A stretch of DNA of 64,000 nucleotides, from contig CAXYEK010000002.1 in assembly GCA_964276235.1 (NCBI GenBank), positions 69,216 through 133,215 on the forward strand. The letters run 5' to 3'. The notes below the pieces were generated by a model. That model did no database searches and was not told the origin of the DNA. It saw only the letters and a program-made list of their open reading frames with translations. Of the stretch, positions 45,086 through 54,057 are shown in pieces. Positions within the stretch are counted from its first letter, which is position 1. Each line of letters opens with the position of its first letter. The translations under genes were made by a program, and so were the position numbers. The DNA comes from an uncultured SAR86 cluster bacterium (GTDB lineage: Bacteria > Pseudomonadota > Gammaproteobacteria > Magnimaribacterales > D2472).

Positions 45086-46048
45086 ATGAATAAACTTATC
45101 CTTTTATTAATATTCTTTAACGCAACTAGCTTGATATCGGATGAAGGCGATATTGTTGTTAGCCAAACAATAAATTCAGAAGACTACTTAATAGATAGAG
45201 AATCTTATTGTAGAAATAGAACCTCTGATGAACAACTAGACTGGTCTGAAGAGTTTCAAGAAAACTCACTATCAAAATCTACATGGAAATATGCTGTATC
45301 AAATGGATTTGAGGACAGAGGACAATACATTACTGGTTGGGGTAATGGAGAACTTCAATACTATACAAAGCCATCGCGAAAAAATAAAAAGACTCATACG
45401 TCCAAGAACTTATTTATCGAGAATGGATTATTAAAAATCCAACCCACATATAGTAAATACAAAGGCTTCAATTTTACTTCTGCCAGAATTGATACTAAAG
45501 CATTAAAAAACTTTAAATATCCCTCAAGAATTACTGTCTGTTTTAAGGTACCAACAGGGGTTGGTTTTTGGCCAGCTTTTTGGCTAATGCCTGATGAAGA
45601 TATTTTATGGCCGCAAGGAGGTGAAATAGATATCATGGAAAACAGAGGAAGAATTTCTAATATCTCGAGTTCAGCTCTTCATTTTGGAAAAAAATATGAT
45701 AATAAATCTACTTTAGTTGGTGAAGTTTTAATTCCAAGATCTGTAAAATTTCAAGAGAAATACCACTCAGTTTCTCTTTTATGGCAAGAAGATAAAATAG
45801 AGTTCTATTTAGATAATGAGAAAAATCCCTATTTCGCTATAGATAAAAACCATCCAGAATTTGCTGATTATCCTTATCCTTTTAACAGAGAATATTACAT
45901 GATTATAAATGTTGCTGTTGGAGGTAAGTATGATGATTATTGGGTTGATAAAGATGCTTTTTGTACTGATAGCAAATGTTCTAATAAGGAAAAACCTGAC
46001 AATCATAGGTTTCTAATAGATTGGATAGAGTATGAGCAACTGGACTAA
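45086..46048 (+). CDS. secreted glycoside hydrolase family 16 (laminarinase / beta-1,3(4)-glucanase-like)
   Basis: 320 aa from ATG 45086. Signal peptide MNKLILLLIFFNATSLIS and GH16 catalytic motif GGEIDIMEN (ExDxxE). The upstream part of the track ORF is the tRNA-Leu gene read as protein. Confidence 0.85.
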   Translation: MNKLILLLIFFNATSLISDEGDIVVSQTINSEDYLIDRESYCRNRTSDEQLDWSEEFQENSLSKSTWKYAVSNGFEDRGQYITGWGNGELQYYTKPSRKNKKTHTSKNLFIENGLLKIQPTYSKYKGFNFTSARIDTKALKNFKYPSRITVCFKVPTGVGFWPAFWLMPDEDILWPQGGEIDIMENRGRISNISSSALHFGKKYDNKSTLVGEVLIPRSVKFQEKYHSVSLLWQEDKIEFYLDNEKNPYFAIDKNHPEFADYPYPFNREYYMIINVAVGGKYDDYWVDKDAFCTDSKCSNKEKPDNHRFLIDWIEYEQLD

Positions 46049-46051
46049 AAG

Positions 46052-46079
46052 TTTACAATTGCAGTTATACATATATACT
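46052..46079 (+). promoter_or_regulatory. candidate sigma70 promoter for the arg leader (-35 TTTACA, 16-nt spacer, -10 TATACT)
   Basis: Hexamers at 46052-46057 and 46074-46079. The predicted start is about 46086, which would make the leader ORF almost leaderless. Tentative. Confidence 0.25.
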
Positions 46080-46088
46080 ATTTCGACA

Positions 46089-46136
46089 ATGAGTAAGTTA
46101 AATACACAATTAAGACGGGTTTCAGCAATTAGCTGA
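46089..46136 (+). CDS. candidate arg operon leader peptide MSKLNTQLRRVSAIS (tandem Arg codons AGA-CGG)
   Basis: This is the only ATG-initiated ORF in the 152-nt spacer. The Arg codons at 46113-46118 lie just upstream of alternative hairpin segments, and the stop codon lies inside segment 2. Confidence 0.4.
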   Translation: MSKLNTQLRRVSAIS

Positions 46137-46154
46137 GTCTTTCTATTGTGAATT

Positions 46155-46181
46155 AGACCCAGCTTTAGCTGGGTTTTTTTT
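46155..46181 (+). terminator. Rho-independent terminator / attenuator upstream of argF'
   Basis: (ag)acccagc-ttta-gctgggt(tt) followed by a run of T (46174-46181). It ends 20 nt before the argF' ATG. Confidence 0.7.
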
Positions 46182-46200
46182 ACTTTAAAAAAAGGTGATT

Positions 46201-47202
46201 ATGAAAAATTTTATTTCTACACAGGATTGGTCAAAAAAAGAACTTCAAGATATCTTGGATTATGCAAAAGATCTTAAAACTAATAAATTTCAAGACACGT
46301 TGAAAAATAAGTCAGTTGCACTTTTATTTTTTAATCCCTCGATGAGAACAAGAACTAGTTTTGAGCTTGGAATTCAAGAGTTGGGCGGATATGCAGTTGT
46401 TCTTCACCCAGGCAAGGATGCTTGGCCAATAGAATTCAAACCTAATTCAGTAATGGATGATGATTCTGAGGAGCATATTATTGAGGTTGCTAAGGTTCTT
46501 TCAGAATATTGTGATCTTATTGCTGTGAGAGCATTTCCTAAATTTATTGATTTAGAAGAAGACCTTTCTGACAAAGTTATAAATGGCTTTGCAAAATATG
46601 CTTCAGTTCCAGTTGTTAATATGGAAACAATTACTCATCCATGTCAGGAACTGGCACATATTTTAACAATGCAGGAAGAATTAGGAGACCTTTCAGGTAA
46701 AGATTACCTATTAACTTGGACTTACCATCCAAAACCTTTAAACACTGCTGTTGCAAACTCCTCTTTGATGATTGCAAGTAAATTTGGCATGAATGTAAAA
46801 CTTTTATGTCCAAGCCAAGATTATTTATTACATCAAAACTATCTAGATCAAGCTAAAGATAATTGTGACTCTAATGGTACTTCATTTGCAATAACTCATG
46901 ATATTGAAGAGGGCTACAAAGGAGCTGATATTGTTTATGCAAAGAGTTGGGGTTCTCTTAATTACTATGGTAATCCAAGTGAAGAAAAAATTATTAGAGA
47001 TAACTTTAAACACTTTATAGTTGATGAGAAAAAAATGGCATTAACTAATAATGCAAAATTTAGTCATTGCCTTCCATTAAGAAGAAATATAAAAGCAACA
47101 GATGCTGTCATGGATTCTGATTATTGTGTTGCTATTCAAGAAGCAGGCAATAGGCTGCATGTTCAAAAATCACTACTTACAAAATTATTAAAGGAAAATT
47201 AA
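46201..47202 (+). CDS. argF': N-acetylornithine carbamoyltransferase (ArgF' type; the N-succinyl alternative is not excluded)
   Basis: About 333 aa from ATG 46201. FFNPSMRTRTSFELG, GKDAWPIEF, NMETITHPCQELAH and HCLPLRRN match the Xanthomonas/Bacteroides AOTCase/SOTCase family rather than classical OTCase. Recall-based comparison. Confidence 0.8.
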   Translation: MKNFISTQDWSKKELQDILDYAKDLKTNKFQDTLKNKSVALLFFNPSMRTRTSFELGIQELGGYAVVLHPGKDAWPIEFKPNSVMDDDSEEHIIEVAKVLSEYCDLIAVRAFPKFIDLEEDLSDKVINGFAKYASVPVVNMETITHPCQELAHILTMQEELGDLSGKDYLLTWTYHPKPLNTAVANSSLMIASKFGMNVKLLCPSQDYLLHQNYLDQAKDNCDSNGTSFAITHDIEEGYKGADIVYAKSWGSLNYYGNPSEEKIIRDNFKHFIVDEKKMALTNNAKFSHCLPLRRNIKATDAVMDSDYCVAIQEAGNRLHVQKSLLTKLLKEN

Positions 47203-47203
47203 A

Positions 47204-48394
47204 ATGAAAAAAATCGTTCTCGCATTCTCTGGAGGCTTAGACACTAGTTTTTGCGTTCCCTACCTTATTGAAAAAAACTATGAGGTGCATACCATTTTTG
47301 TAAATACTGGAGGCACATCTAAAAAAGAAGAAGATAAGATTACAAAAAGAGCAAATGAGCTCGGGGCTAAAAAGCATATAAATGTAAATGTTGATACTTC
47401 TTTATGGAATCAAATAATAAAGCCTTTAATATGGTCCGGATCCTTATATCAAGACAAATATCCAGCCTTATGTTCTGATAGATATTTAATTGTTTCAGAG
47501 GCAATAAAACTTTGTAAAAAACTTAATACAAAATATATATCTCATGGTTGTACAGGTATGGGAAATGATCAAGTTAGATTTGATTTATCTATTCAAGCAT
47601 TTGGTAATTACAAAACCATAACCCCCATAAGAGAAATTCAAAATAAAGTTGATGATGTCAGGGGTTATGAGCAAAAGTATCTTGAAGAAAGAGGTTATAA
47701 AGTCTCTGGGCTGCACTCGACATACAGTATTAATGAAAATTTAATGGGTGCTACAGTATCCGGTTCTGAAATAGACGAATGGAAAGAGCCGTCAGAAGAA
47801 AGTTACATTCTATGCAGTACTCCAGACAAATACCCTTCTAAGACTAAAAAAGTAATTATTGATTTTGTTAAAGGAGAGGCTAAAAAGCTTAATGGTAAAT
47901 CTATTAAAGGTCCTGAACTTCTGAGAGTGTTAAATAAGATGGGTGGAAAATATGGCATAGGAAGAGAGATTTTTGCCAGCGACACTATTATTGGGATTAA
48001 AGGCAGGTTTTTATTTGAATCACCGGGTATAACTATATTGCAATCGGCTCATAGAGCACTTGAAGAATCAGTTTTTACTGATAAGCAGAATTTCTTTAAA
48101 CCTATTGTAGGTAAAAAGTGGGTAGAATTAGTTTACGGTGGATTTTATTTTGATCCTTTAACAAAAAATCTTGAGAACTTTCTTCAGGATATCCAACTTC
48201 CCGTAAATGGTAAGGTTACTATTCTTTTAAGTCCTGGCAAGGCAGAAGCTGTAGAAGTTGATGCCAAAAAAATATTAATTAGCAAAGAAGCTATCTATGC
48301 CCAGTCCGCATCGTGGGGAGTTGAAGAGTCAGCAGGATTTATTAAGCTTTTAGGACAAAGTACTGCAACATGGACAGATATTAATAAGAAGTAG
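47204..48394 (+). CDS. argG: argininosuccinate synthase
   Basis: 396 aa. AFSGGLDTS N-terminus and HGCTGMGNDQVRF. Confidence 0.95.
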   Translation: MKKIVLAFSGGLDTSFCVPYLIEKNYEVHTIFVNTGGTSKKEEDKITKRANELGAKKHINVNVDTSLWNQIIKPLIWSGSLYQDKYPALCSDRYLIVSEAIKLCKKLNTKYISHGCTGMGNDQVRFDLSIQAFGNYKTITPIREIQNKVDDVRGYEQKYLEERGYKVSGLHSTYSINENLMGATVSGSEIDEWKEPSEESYILCSTPDKYPSKTKKVIIDFVKGEAKKLNGKSIKGPELLRVLNKMGGKYGIGREIFASDTIIGIKGRFLFESPGITILQSAHRALEESVFTDKQNFFKPIVGKKWVELVYGGFYFDPLTKNLENFLQDIQLPVNGKVTILLSPGKAEAVEVDAKKILISKEAIYAQSASWGVEESAGFIKLLGQSTATWTDINKK

Positions 48395-48395
48395 T

Positions 48396-49706
48396 ATGAA
48401 TAACAGCATTCAAAAAGATACGATTATTAAGCTTCTCAGTGGAATGAGTAGTGAGAAGGAAATAAGAAAATATCTTGATAGATTTTCATCAGATGATTTT
48501 AGATTTGCTGTTATAAAAGTTGGCGGTGCTGTGATTCAAAATGATTTAGATAATTTAGTGACTTCTTTAGCTTTTTTAAATGAAGTTGGCTTAAGACCTA
48601 TCATTGTTCATGGAGGAGGGCCAAGGCTATCTAATGAACTTGAAGAGAGAAACATAAAATTTTCATTTGAAGAGGGACAAAGAGTTACTTCTAAGGAAGT
48701 ACTTGATGTCGCGATATCAATTTTTACAGAAGAAAATAATAAAATTACTTCTGCCCTGAAAAATAAGGGCATTAATGCAGTCCCATTAGTTAAAAATATT
48801 TTTGAATGCCATATAGCTAATAAGAAACTTGGATTTGTTGGTGAAGTTGTTAAGGCTCAATGTGAAGATATTAAAGACATCATATCTAAAGGAGGAATAC
48901 CGGTAATAGCTCCAATTGGGAAAACTGACAATGGACAAATTGTAAATGTTAATGGTGATAAGGCGACCCTAGCCTTAGCCAAAGAAATAATTCCTGATAA
49001 AGTTATTTTTTTAAGTGAAATCGGTGGTATTTTTGATGGCTCTGACAAACTTATTTCTACTATTAATATCAAAGATGATTATGAAAGATTAATGAGCCAA
49101 GAATGGCTTCATTCAGGCATGAAACTGAAGCTTCAGCAAATTAAAATTTTATTAGATTCAATGCCAAGTAATAGCTCTGTTTCCATTACTAAGCCCTTGA
49201 ATCTAAACAGAGAGTTATTTACAGATGCTGGCTTTGGTACATTGGTTAAAGCTGGACATCAAATAGATAAGTACAAAAAACTTGATAATAATAATCAAGA
49301 AAATATTACATCCATTCTTGAGTCCGCCTTTCAAGGTAAATTAATTAATAATTATTTTAATGGTGAAAAAAAAGACTTCTATATTAGTTCTTGCAATAGA
49401 TCTTCGATAATTATTTCTTATGATCAGGATATTGCTTATATGGACAAGTTTGCTGTTATAGGTTCTGCAAGGGGAGAAGGGCTAGGAGCTGCTATGTGGA
49501 ATAGAATGAAAGCTGACCATAAAAAAATTTTCTGGAGATCAAGATCAACAAATACAATCAATAGTTTTTATAAAGATGTTTGCGATGGCTTTCAGAAATA
49601 TGATGAATGGAATATTTTTTGGATTGGCATTAATGATTTAAAAGAACTTACTGGCTGTATTGAATACGCCGTAAGCCAACCTGAAACAATTACTTATGAA
49701 AAATAA
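48396..49706 (+). CDS. argB: bifunctional N-acetylglutamate kinase / N-acetylglutamate synthase (AAK domain + C-terminal GNAT)
   Basis: 436 aa. VIKVGG...HGGGP...NVNGD kinase domain followed by a ~150-aa acetyltransferase-like domain (RGEGLGAAMW). This architecture is known from Xanthomonadales NAGS/K. Confidence 0.8.
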   Translation: MNNSIQKDTIIKLLSGMSSEKEIRKYLDRFSSDDFRFAVIKVGGAVIQNDLDNLVTSLAFLNEVGLRPIIVHGGGPRLSNELEERNIKFSFEEGQRVTSKEVLDVAISIFTEENNKITSALKNKGINAVPLVKNIFECHIANKKLGFVGEVVKAQCEDIKDIISKGGIPVIAPIGKTDNGQIVNVNGDKATLALAKEIIPDKVIFLSEIGGIFDGSDKLISTINIKDDYERLMSQEWLHSGMKLKLQQIKILLDSMPSNSSVSITKPLNLNRELFTDAGFGTLVKAGHQIDKYKKLDNNNQENITSILESAFQGKLINNYFNGEKKDFYISSCNRSSIIISYDQDIAYMDKFAVIGSARGEGLGAAMWNRMKADHKKIFWRSRSTNTINSFYKDVCDGFQKYDEWNIFWIGINDLKELTGCIEYAVSQPETITYEK

Positions 49707-50637
49707 ATTTAATATAGCTATGGTTGGAGGTAGGGGTTATGTGGGCCAAGAAATTATTGGTATTTTGAACAATCATCCCCTATTTATTCTATCAAAAGTT
49801 TTTTCAAGTTCTGCAGCTGGAAAATCTGTAAGTGAATATACAAAAGCAATTAATTTAAATTACTCTTTGCTTGAAGATTCTAATGTAGATCTTGAGGGCA
49901 TAGACTTACTCATAATGGCATTACCAAATGATGATTCTTATAAATACATTAAATTAATTGATAAAAAATACCCCGATATAATTATCATAGATTTAAGTTC
50001 TGATCATAGATTTAACCCTGATTGGCAATATAGAGTGCCTGAAATTAGCAATCTAAAAGCATCAAATAGAATAAGTAATCCAGGCTGTTACGCATCTGCA
50101 ATGCAGTTTTCCCTGGAGCCTATTAAGGGATTAATTAAAGGAAAGGTTAGTTGCGTGGGTATATCAGGCTTTAGTGGAGCTGGAGCTTCTCCTAATGAGA
50201 AGAACGATCCAGAGAACCTTAAAGACAATATTATTCCTTATTCACTATCCGGACACACTCATGAGCAAGAAGTTTCTTCATATTGTTATAAAGATTTATC
50301 TTTTAGCCCTCATGTAGGTAACTTTTTTAGAGGGATTCTGATAACTTCTCATATTGAGTTAAAAGATAAATACAGTAATGACGAAATAAGTTCATTATTT
50401 AAAAATTATTATGAAAGCTCTAATCTTGTTAGTATTTCTGAACACATACCGATGATTAATAAGGTAATTAATTCACATAAAGTTTTTATTGGTGGCATTA
50501 CTGTTGACGAGTCAGGTAAAAATTTAACAATATGCTGCGTTTTAGATAATTTATTAAAAGGAGCTGCTACTCAAGTTATACAAAACTTAAATTCAGCATG
50601 CGGCATAGATGAATTAACAGGAATTAACTATGAATAA
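49696..50637 (+). CDS. argC: N-acetyl-gamma-glutamyl-phosphate reductase
   Basis: 313 aa. VGGRGYVGQE N-terminus and active-site NPGCYA. Confidence 0.9.
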   Translation: MKNKFNIAMVGGRGYVGQEIIGILNNHPLFILSKVFSSSAAGKSVSEYTKAINLNYSLLEDSNVDLEGIDLLIMALPNDDSYKYIKLIDKKYPDIIIIDLSSDHRFNPDWQYRVPEISNLKASNRISNPGCYASAMQFSLEPIKGLIKGKVSCVGISGFSGAGASPNEKNDPENLKDNIIPYSLSGHTHEQEVSSYCYKDLSFSPHVGNFFRGILITSHIELKDKYSNDEISSLFKNYYESSNLVSISEHIPMINKVINSHKVFIGGITVDESGKNLTICCVLDNLLKGAATQVIQNLNSACGIDELTGINYE

Positions 50638-51913
50638 AAAAATATGGAACACTAATGGTAAAAAACAATCCAATGAGGTAGCTGCATTTCTAGCAGGCGA
50701 GGATATTGAATTAGATAAATCTATTTTTATATATGATATTCAAGCCAGTATTGCTCACGTTAATAATCTCTTTTCCATTGGAATAATTAAAAAAGGAGAA
50801 TCAACTAAAATAATTAAGTCTTTAAAAGATCTAAAGAAAAAATTTCAGGAAGGCTCTTTTAAGTTAACTAATAAGTATGAAGACTGTCACTCAGCTATAG
50901 AGTTTTATCTAACAAAGGAGTTGGGAGAACTTGGTAAAAAAGTACACACAGGAAGAAGCAGGAATGATCAGGTAATAGTTGCTATGAGATTATTTGCAAA
51001 ACAAAACCTTATAAATTTTAAAATAGAAAATAAATTAGTAGCTAAAACCTTCTTAAAGCTTGCTAAAAAGCATGAAAATCATCAAATGCCAGGCTACACT
51101 CATCTCCAAAGAGCAATGCCATCTTCATGGGGACTTTGGTTCTCTTCCTATGCTGAATCCTTTATAGATAATATAGATCTTATAAATAGCACTATTGACT
51201 GGATAGATTCAAATCCGCTTGGGAGTGCTGCTGGTTATGGAGTGTCTCTTCCTTTAAATAGAAAGCAAGTTACTAAAGAGCTGGGATTTAAGAGAATTCA
51301 ATTGAACAGTCTTTATGTTCAAAATAGTAGAGGCAAATATGAGATGCAAATTTTAAATACACTGAAGCAGTCCATGTTAGATATAAGAAAATTTTCATGG
51401 GATATGAGCTTATTTCTATCTCAGGAGTTTGATTTGGTAGAGATCGATAGTATTTATCAAACAGGATCTTCGATAATGCCAAACAAACATAACCCTGATG
51501 TTATTGAAATTTTAAGAGCAAATTATTCAATTGTTGCTGGGCAGTCAGCTGAACTAGAAAATCTTTTATCACTACCTAGTGGTTATCACAGAGATCTCCA
51601 ATTAACAAAGAGAAGCTTAATAGCGAGCTTTGAAATCACTTCTAAGTCCCTAAAGATATTACCTAAACTTATTAACTCTATCAAAATAAATAAATCTAAA
51701 TCAGAAAGTTATATCGATGAAGAGATGAAAATGACAGATAAAGTTTATGGTTTAGTATCTAAAGGAGTGCCTTTTAGAGATGCCTATACTGAAATAAAAA
51801 ATACTGACGATCTCTCGGATTTTTCAGACTCAGATTATGCAAATTCGTCAGAAGGGTCGCCTGGTAATTTAAATCTCAAGTTTTTAGAAAATAGACTTAA
51901 AAAACAAAAATAG
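50630..51913 (+). CDS. argH: argininosuccinate lyase
   Basis: 427 aa. TGRSRNDQV, GYTHLQRA and the GSSIMPNKHNPD fumarate-lyase signature. Confidence 0.93.
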   Translation: MNKKIWNTNGKKQSNEVAAFLAGEDIELDKSIFIYDIQASIAHVNNLFSIGIIKKGESTKIIKSLKDLKKKFQEGSFKLTNKYEDCHSAIEFYLTKELGELGKKVHTGRSRNDQVIVAMRLFAKQNLINFKIENKLVAKTFLKLAKKHENHQMPGYTHLQRAMPSSWGLWFSSYAESFIDNIDLINSTIDWIDSNPLGSAAGYGVSLPLNRKQVTKELGFKRIQLNSLYVQNSRGKYEMQILNTLKQSMLDIRKFSWDMSLFLSQEFDLVEIDSIYQTGSSIMPNKHNPDVIEILRANYSIVAGQSAELENLLSLPSGYHRDLQLTKRSLIASFEITSKSLKILPKLINSIKINKSKSESYIDEEMKMTDKVYGLVSKGVPFRDAYTEIKNTDDLSDFSDSDYANSSEGSPGNLNLKFLENRLKKQK

Positions 51914-51920
51914 TATTTAT

Positions 51921-53213
51921 ATGGCCTTAGAAAGAAGTATGAAGCTTCCTGCAAGATTTCAGCTCATTATAATGTGTTTTTTTGCAGTTGTTATTTGCTA
52001 TATGGATAGAGTTAACATTTCTGTAACTATTCTTGAGATGGTTAAAGAATTTGGGCTCAATGAAAAACAAAAAGGGTGGGTTTTAAGTTCAGTCTACTTA
52101 GGCTATGTAATTTCAATGAGTATAGGTGGAATTCTAGCTGATAAATATGGTGGAAAAATTGTACTGGGATGGGGGTTATTGCTTTGGTCAATTTTTACAA
52201 TGTTAACGCCTTTTTTTGCTCATCACGGCTTCTTTTTTTTAATTTTAATAAGAGTTCTAATGGGCTTAGGTGAGGGTATTACCTTTCCTGCATGGCACTC
52301 AATGTATGCTAGATGGATCCCTTTTAAGGAAAGGACCAGAGCTATTGCAATAACCAATGCAGGGATTGCAACTGGAACTATAATTGCCCTTGTTGGAGCA
52401 GTAATTATTATGAATACTTATTCATGGGAATGGGTATTTTATTCTTTTGGAGCTATTGGGATAATCTGGTTTTTTGTCTGGAATAAATATGTTACATCTA
52501 ATCCAGAGGATCATTTAACAATATCGGAAGAAGAACTTCACTTAATAAAAAAAGAAGCACCAGCATCATCTAAGGCTGAAAAATTACCTTTTAAAAAGTT
52601 AGCTAGCAATCTTCCCTTTATAGCCATATGCGTAGCTTCATTTTGTAATGGCTGGGTACTTTTTTTCTTTATTTCATATCTTCCTAGCATCATTGAAGCA
52701 GATATCTCTATGGGAGGACTTGGAATTAGTGTTGACAGTAATATTTATATCTTATTAATTACAATACCTGCAATTGTTGGTGTTGTAACTTTAATACTTG
52801 GAGGGATTCTTGGAGATCACTTAATTAAAAAAGGCTATAAAGTTATTAATGTTAGAAAATCAGTTAATTCAATTGGATTTTTTGGATCTGCAATTCTTTT
52901 ACTAATCATGTCAATGCAAGATACTCCTGCTGGATTAATTATTTGCTTATGCTTAGTTAATACATGCTCTGGTATTTGTGCTGGTGGGTTCAATGTAAAT
53001 CAAGCAGATATAGGTCCAAAATATACAGGATCATTATTTGGTATTTCTGGTGCTATGGGTATTTTGGCCGCAATAATAAATCCTATTGTTGCTGGAATTA
53101 TCTTAGATGAAACTAATTCGTATCTACTTTTATATTATATAAACTGCATCATTCTTCTCTTTGGCGGATTTTTCTATCTATTTTTTGCTAGCGCTGATAA
53201 ACAATTTGAATAA
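51921..53213 (+). CDS. MFS transporter (anion:cation symporter-like)
   Basis: 430 aa, about 12 TM. D-R-x-N and G..ADK.GG-type MFS loop 2-3 motif. Confidence 0.8.
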   Translation: MALERSMKLPARFQLIIMCFFAVVICYMDRVNISVTILEMVKEFGLNEKQKGWVLSSVYLGYVISMSIGGILADKYGGKIVLGWGLLLWSIFTMLTPFFAHHGFFFLILIRVLMGLGEGITFPAWHSMYARWIPFKERTRAIAITNAGIATGTIIALVGAVIIMNTYSWEWVFYSFGAIGIIWFFVWNKYVTSNPEDHLTISEEELHLIKKEAPASSKAEKLPFKKLASNLPFIAICVASFCNGWVLFFFISYLPSIIEADISMGGLGISVDSNIYILLITIPAIVGVVTLILGGILGDHLIKKGYKVINVRKSVNSIGFFGSAILLLIMSMQDTPAGLIICLCLVNTCSGICAGGFNVNQADIGPKYTGSLFGISGAMGILAAIINPIVAGIILDETNSYLLLYYINCIILLFGGFFYLFFASADKQFE

Positions 53214-53280
53214 TTTCTCATTACAACATCAAAAAATTCTTAATATATTGATAGAAAGTCGTATGGAGTTATAATGATGG

Positions 53281-54054
53281 ATGGAAACAAAATTAGAAAT
53301 AGCAAAAAACTGGCTACCTAGATATACAGGCATGCCACTCGAAAAATTTGGTGATCATATACTGATTACAAATTTTAAAGATTACGTTACTAAGTTCGCT
53401 GATAGATTCTCTTCAGAAATATATGGAGAGGGTAGAGCTATGCAAGCAACAACAAATGATGACGGTTTAACAATTATTAATTATGGTATCGGGTCTCCTA
53501 ATGCTGCAACAATTATGGATCTGCTGGTGGCTGTTAAGCCAAAAGGAGTTTTATTTTTGGGTAAATGTGGTGGCTTAAAAGGCTCTTCAGAAATTGGTAA
53601 CTTTATCCTTCCTATAGGAGCAATTAGAGGTGATGGAACATCAAATGATTACTTTCCACCTGAAGTTCCAGCACTTCCGTCATTTAAACTTCATAAATTT
53701 GTTTCAGACATTATTATTGAGAAAGAGAGTGACTACAGAACAGGAGTTATTTTCACAACAAATAGAAGGGTATGGGAGCACGATAAGCCATTCTTAAAAA
53801 GACTAAAGAAAACAACTGCTATTGGTGTTGATATGGAAACTGCTACTGTTTTCTCTGTTGGGCACTACAATGAAATCGCAAGAGGTGCCTTGTTATTGGT
53901 TTCAGACGTTCCTTTAACTCCAGAGGGAGTTAAAACAGAAACCTCAGATAAAGAAGTAACCCAAAAATGGGTAGATCTTCATTTAGAAATTGGAATTAAG
54001 GCAATGACAGATATTGGTCAAAGTGGAGAAGAAATCAAGCATTTTAAATATTAA
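53281..54054 (+). CDS. nucleoside phosphorylase-superfamily protein (short AMP nucleosidase-like)
   Basis: 257 aa. PNP_UDP-like GIGSPNAA...GKCGG...GVDMETA pattern. By-eye call only. Confidence 0.5.
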   Translation: METKLEIAKNWLPRYTGMPLEKFGDHILITNFKDYVTKFADRFSSEIYGEGRAMQATTNDDGLTIINYGIGSPNAATIMDLLVAVKPKGVLFLGKCGGLKGSSEIGNFILPIGAIRGDGTSNDYFPPEVPALPSFKLHKFVSDIIIEKESDYRTGVIFTTNRRVWEHDKPFLKRLKKTTAIGVDMETATVFSVGHYNEIARGALLLVSDVPLTPEGVKTETSDKEVTQKWVDLHLEIGIKAMTDIGQSGEEIKHFKY

Positions 54055-54057
54055 AAC

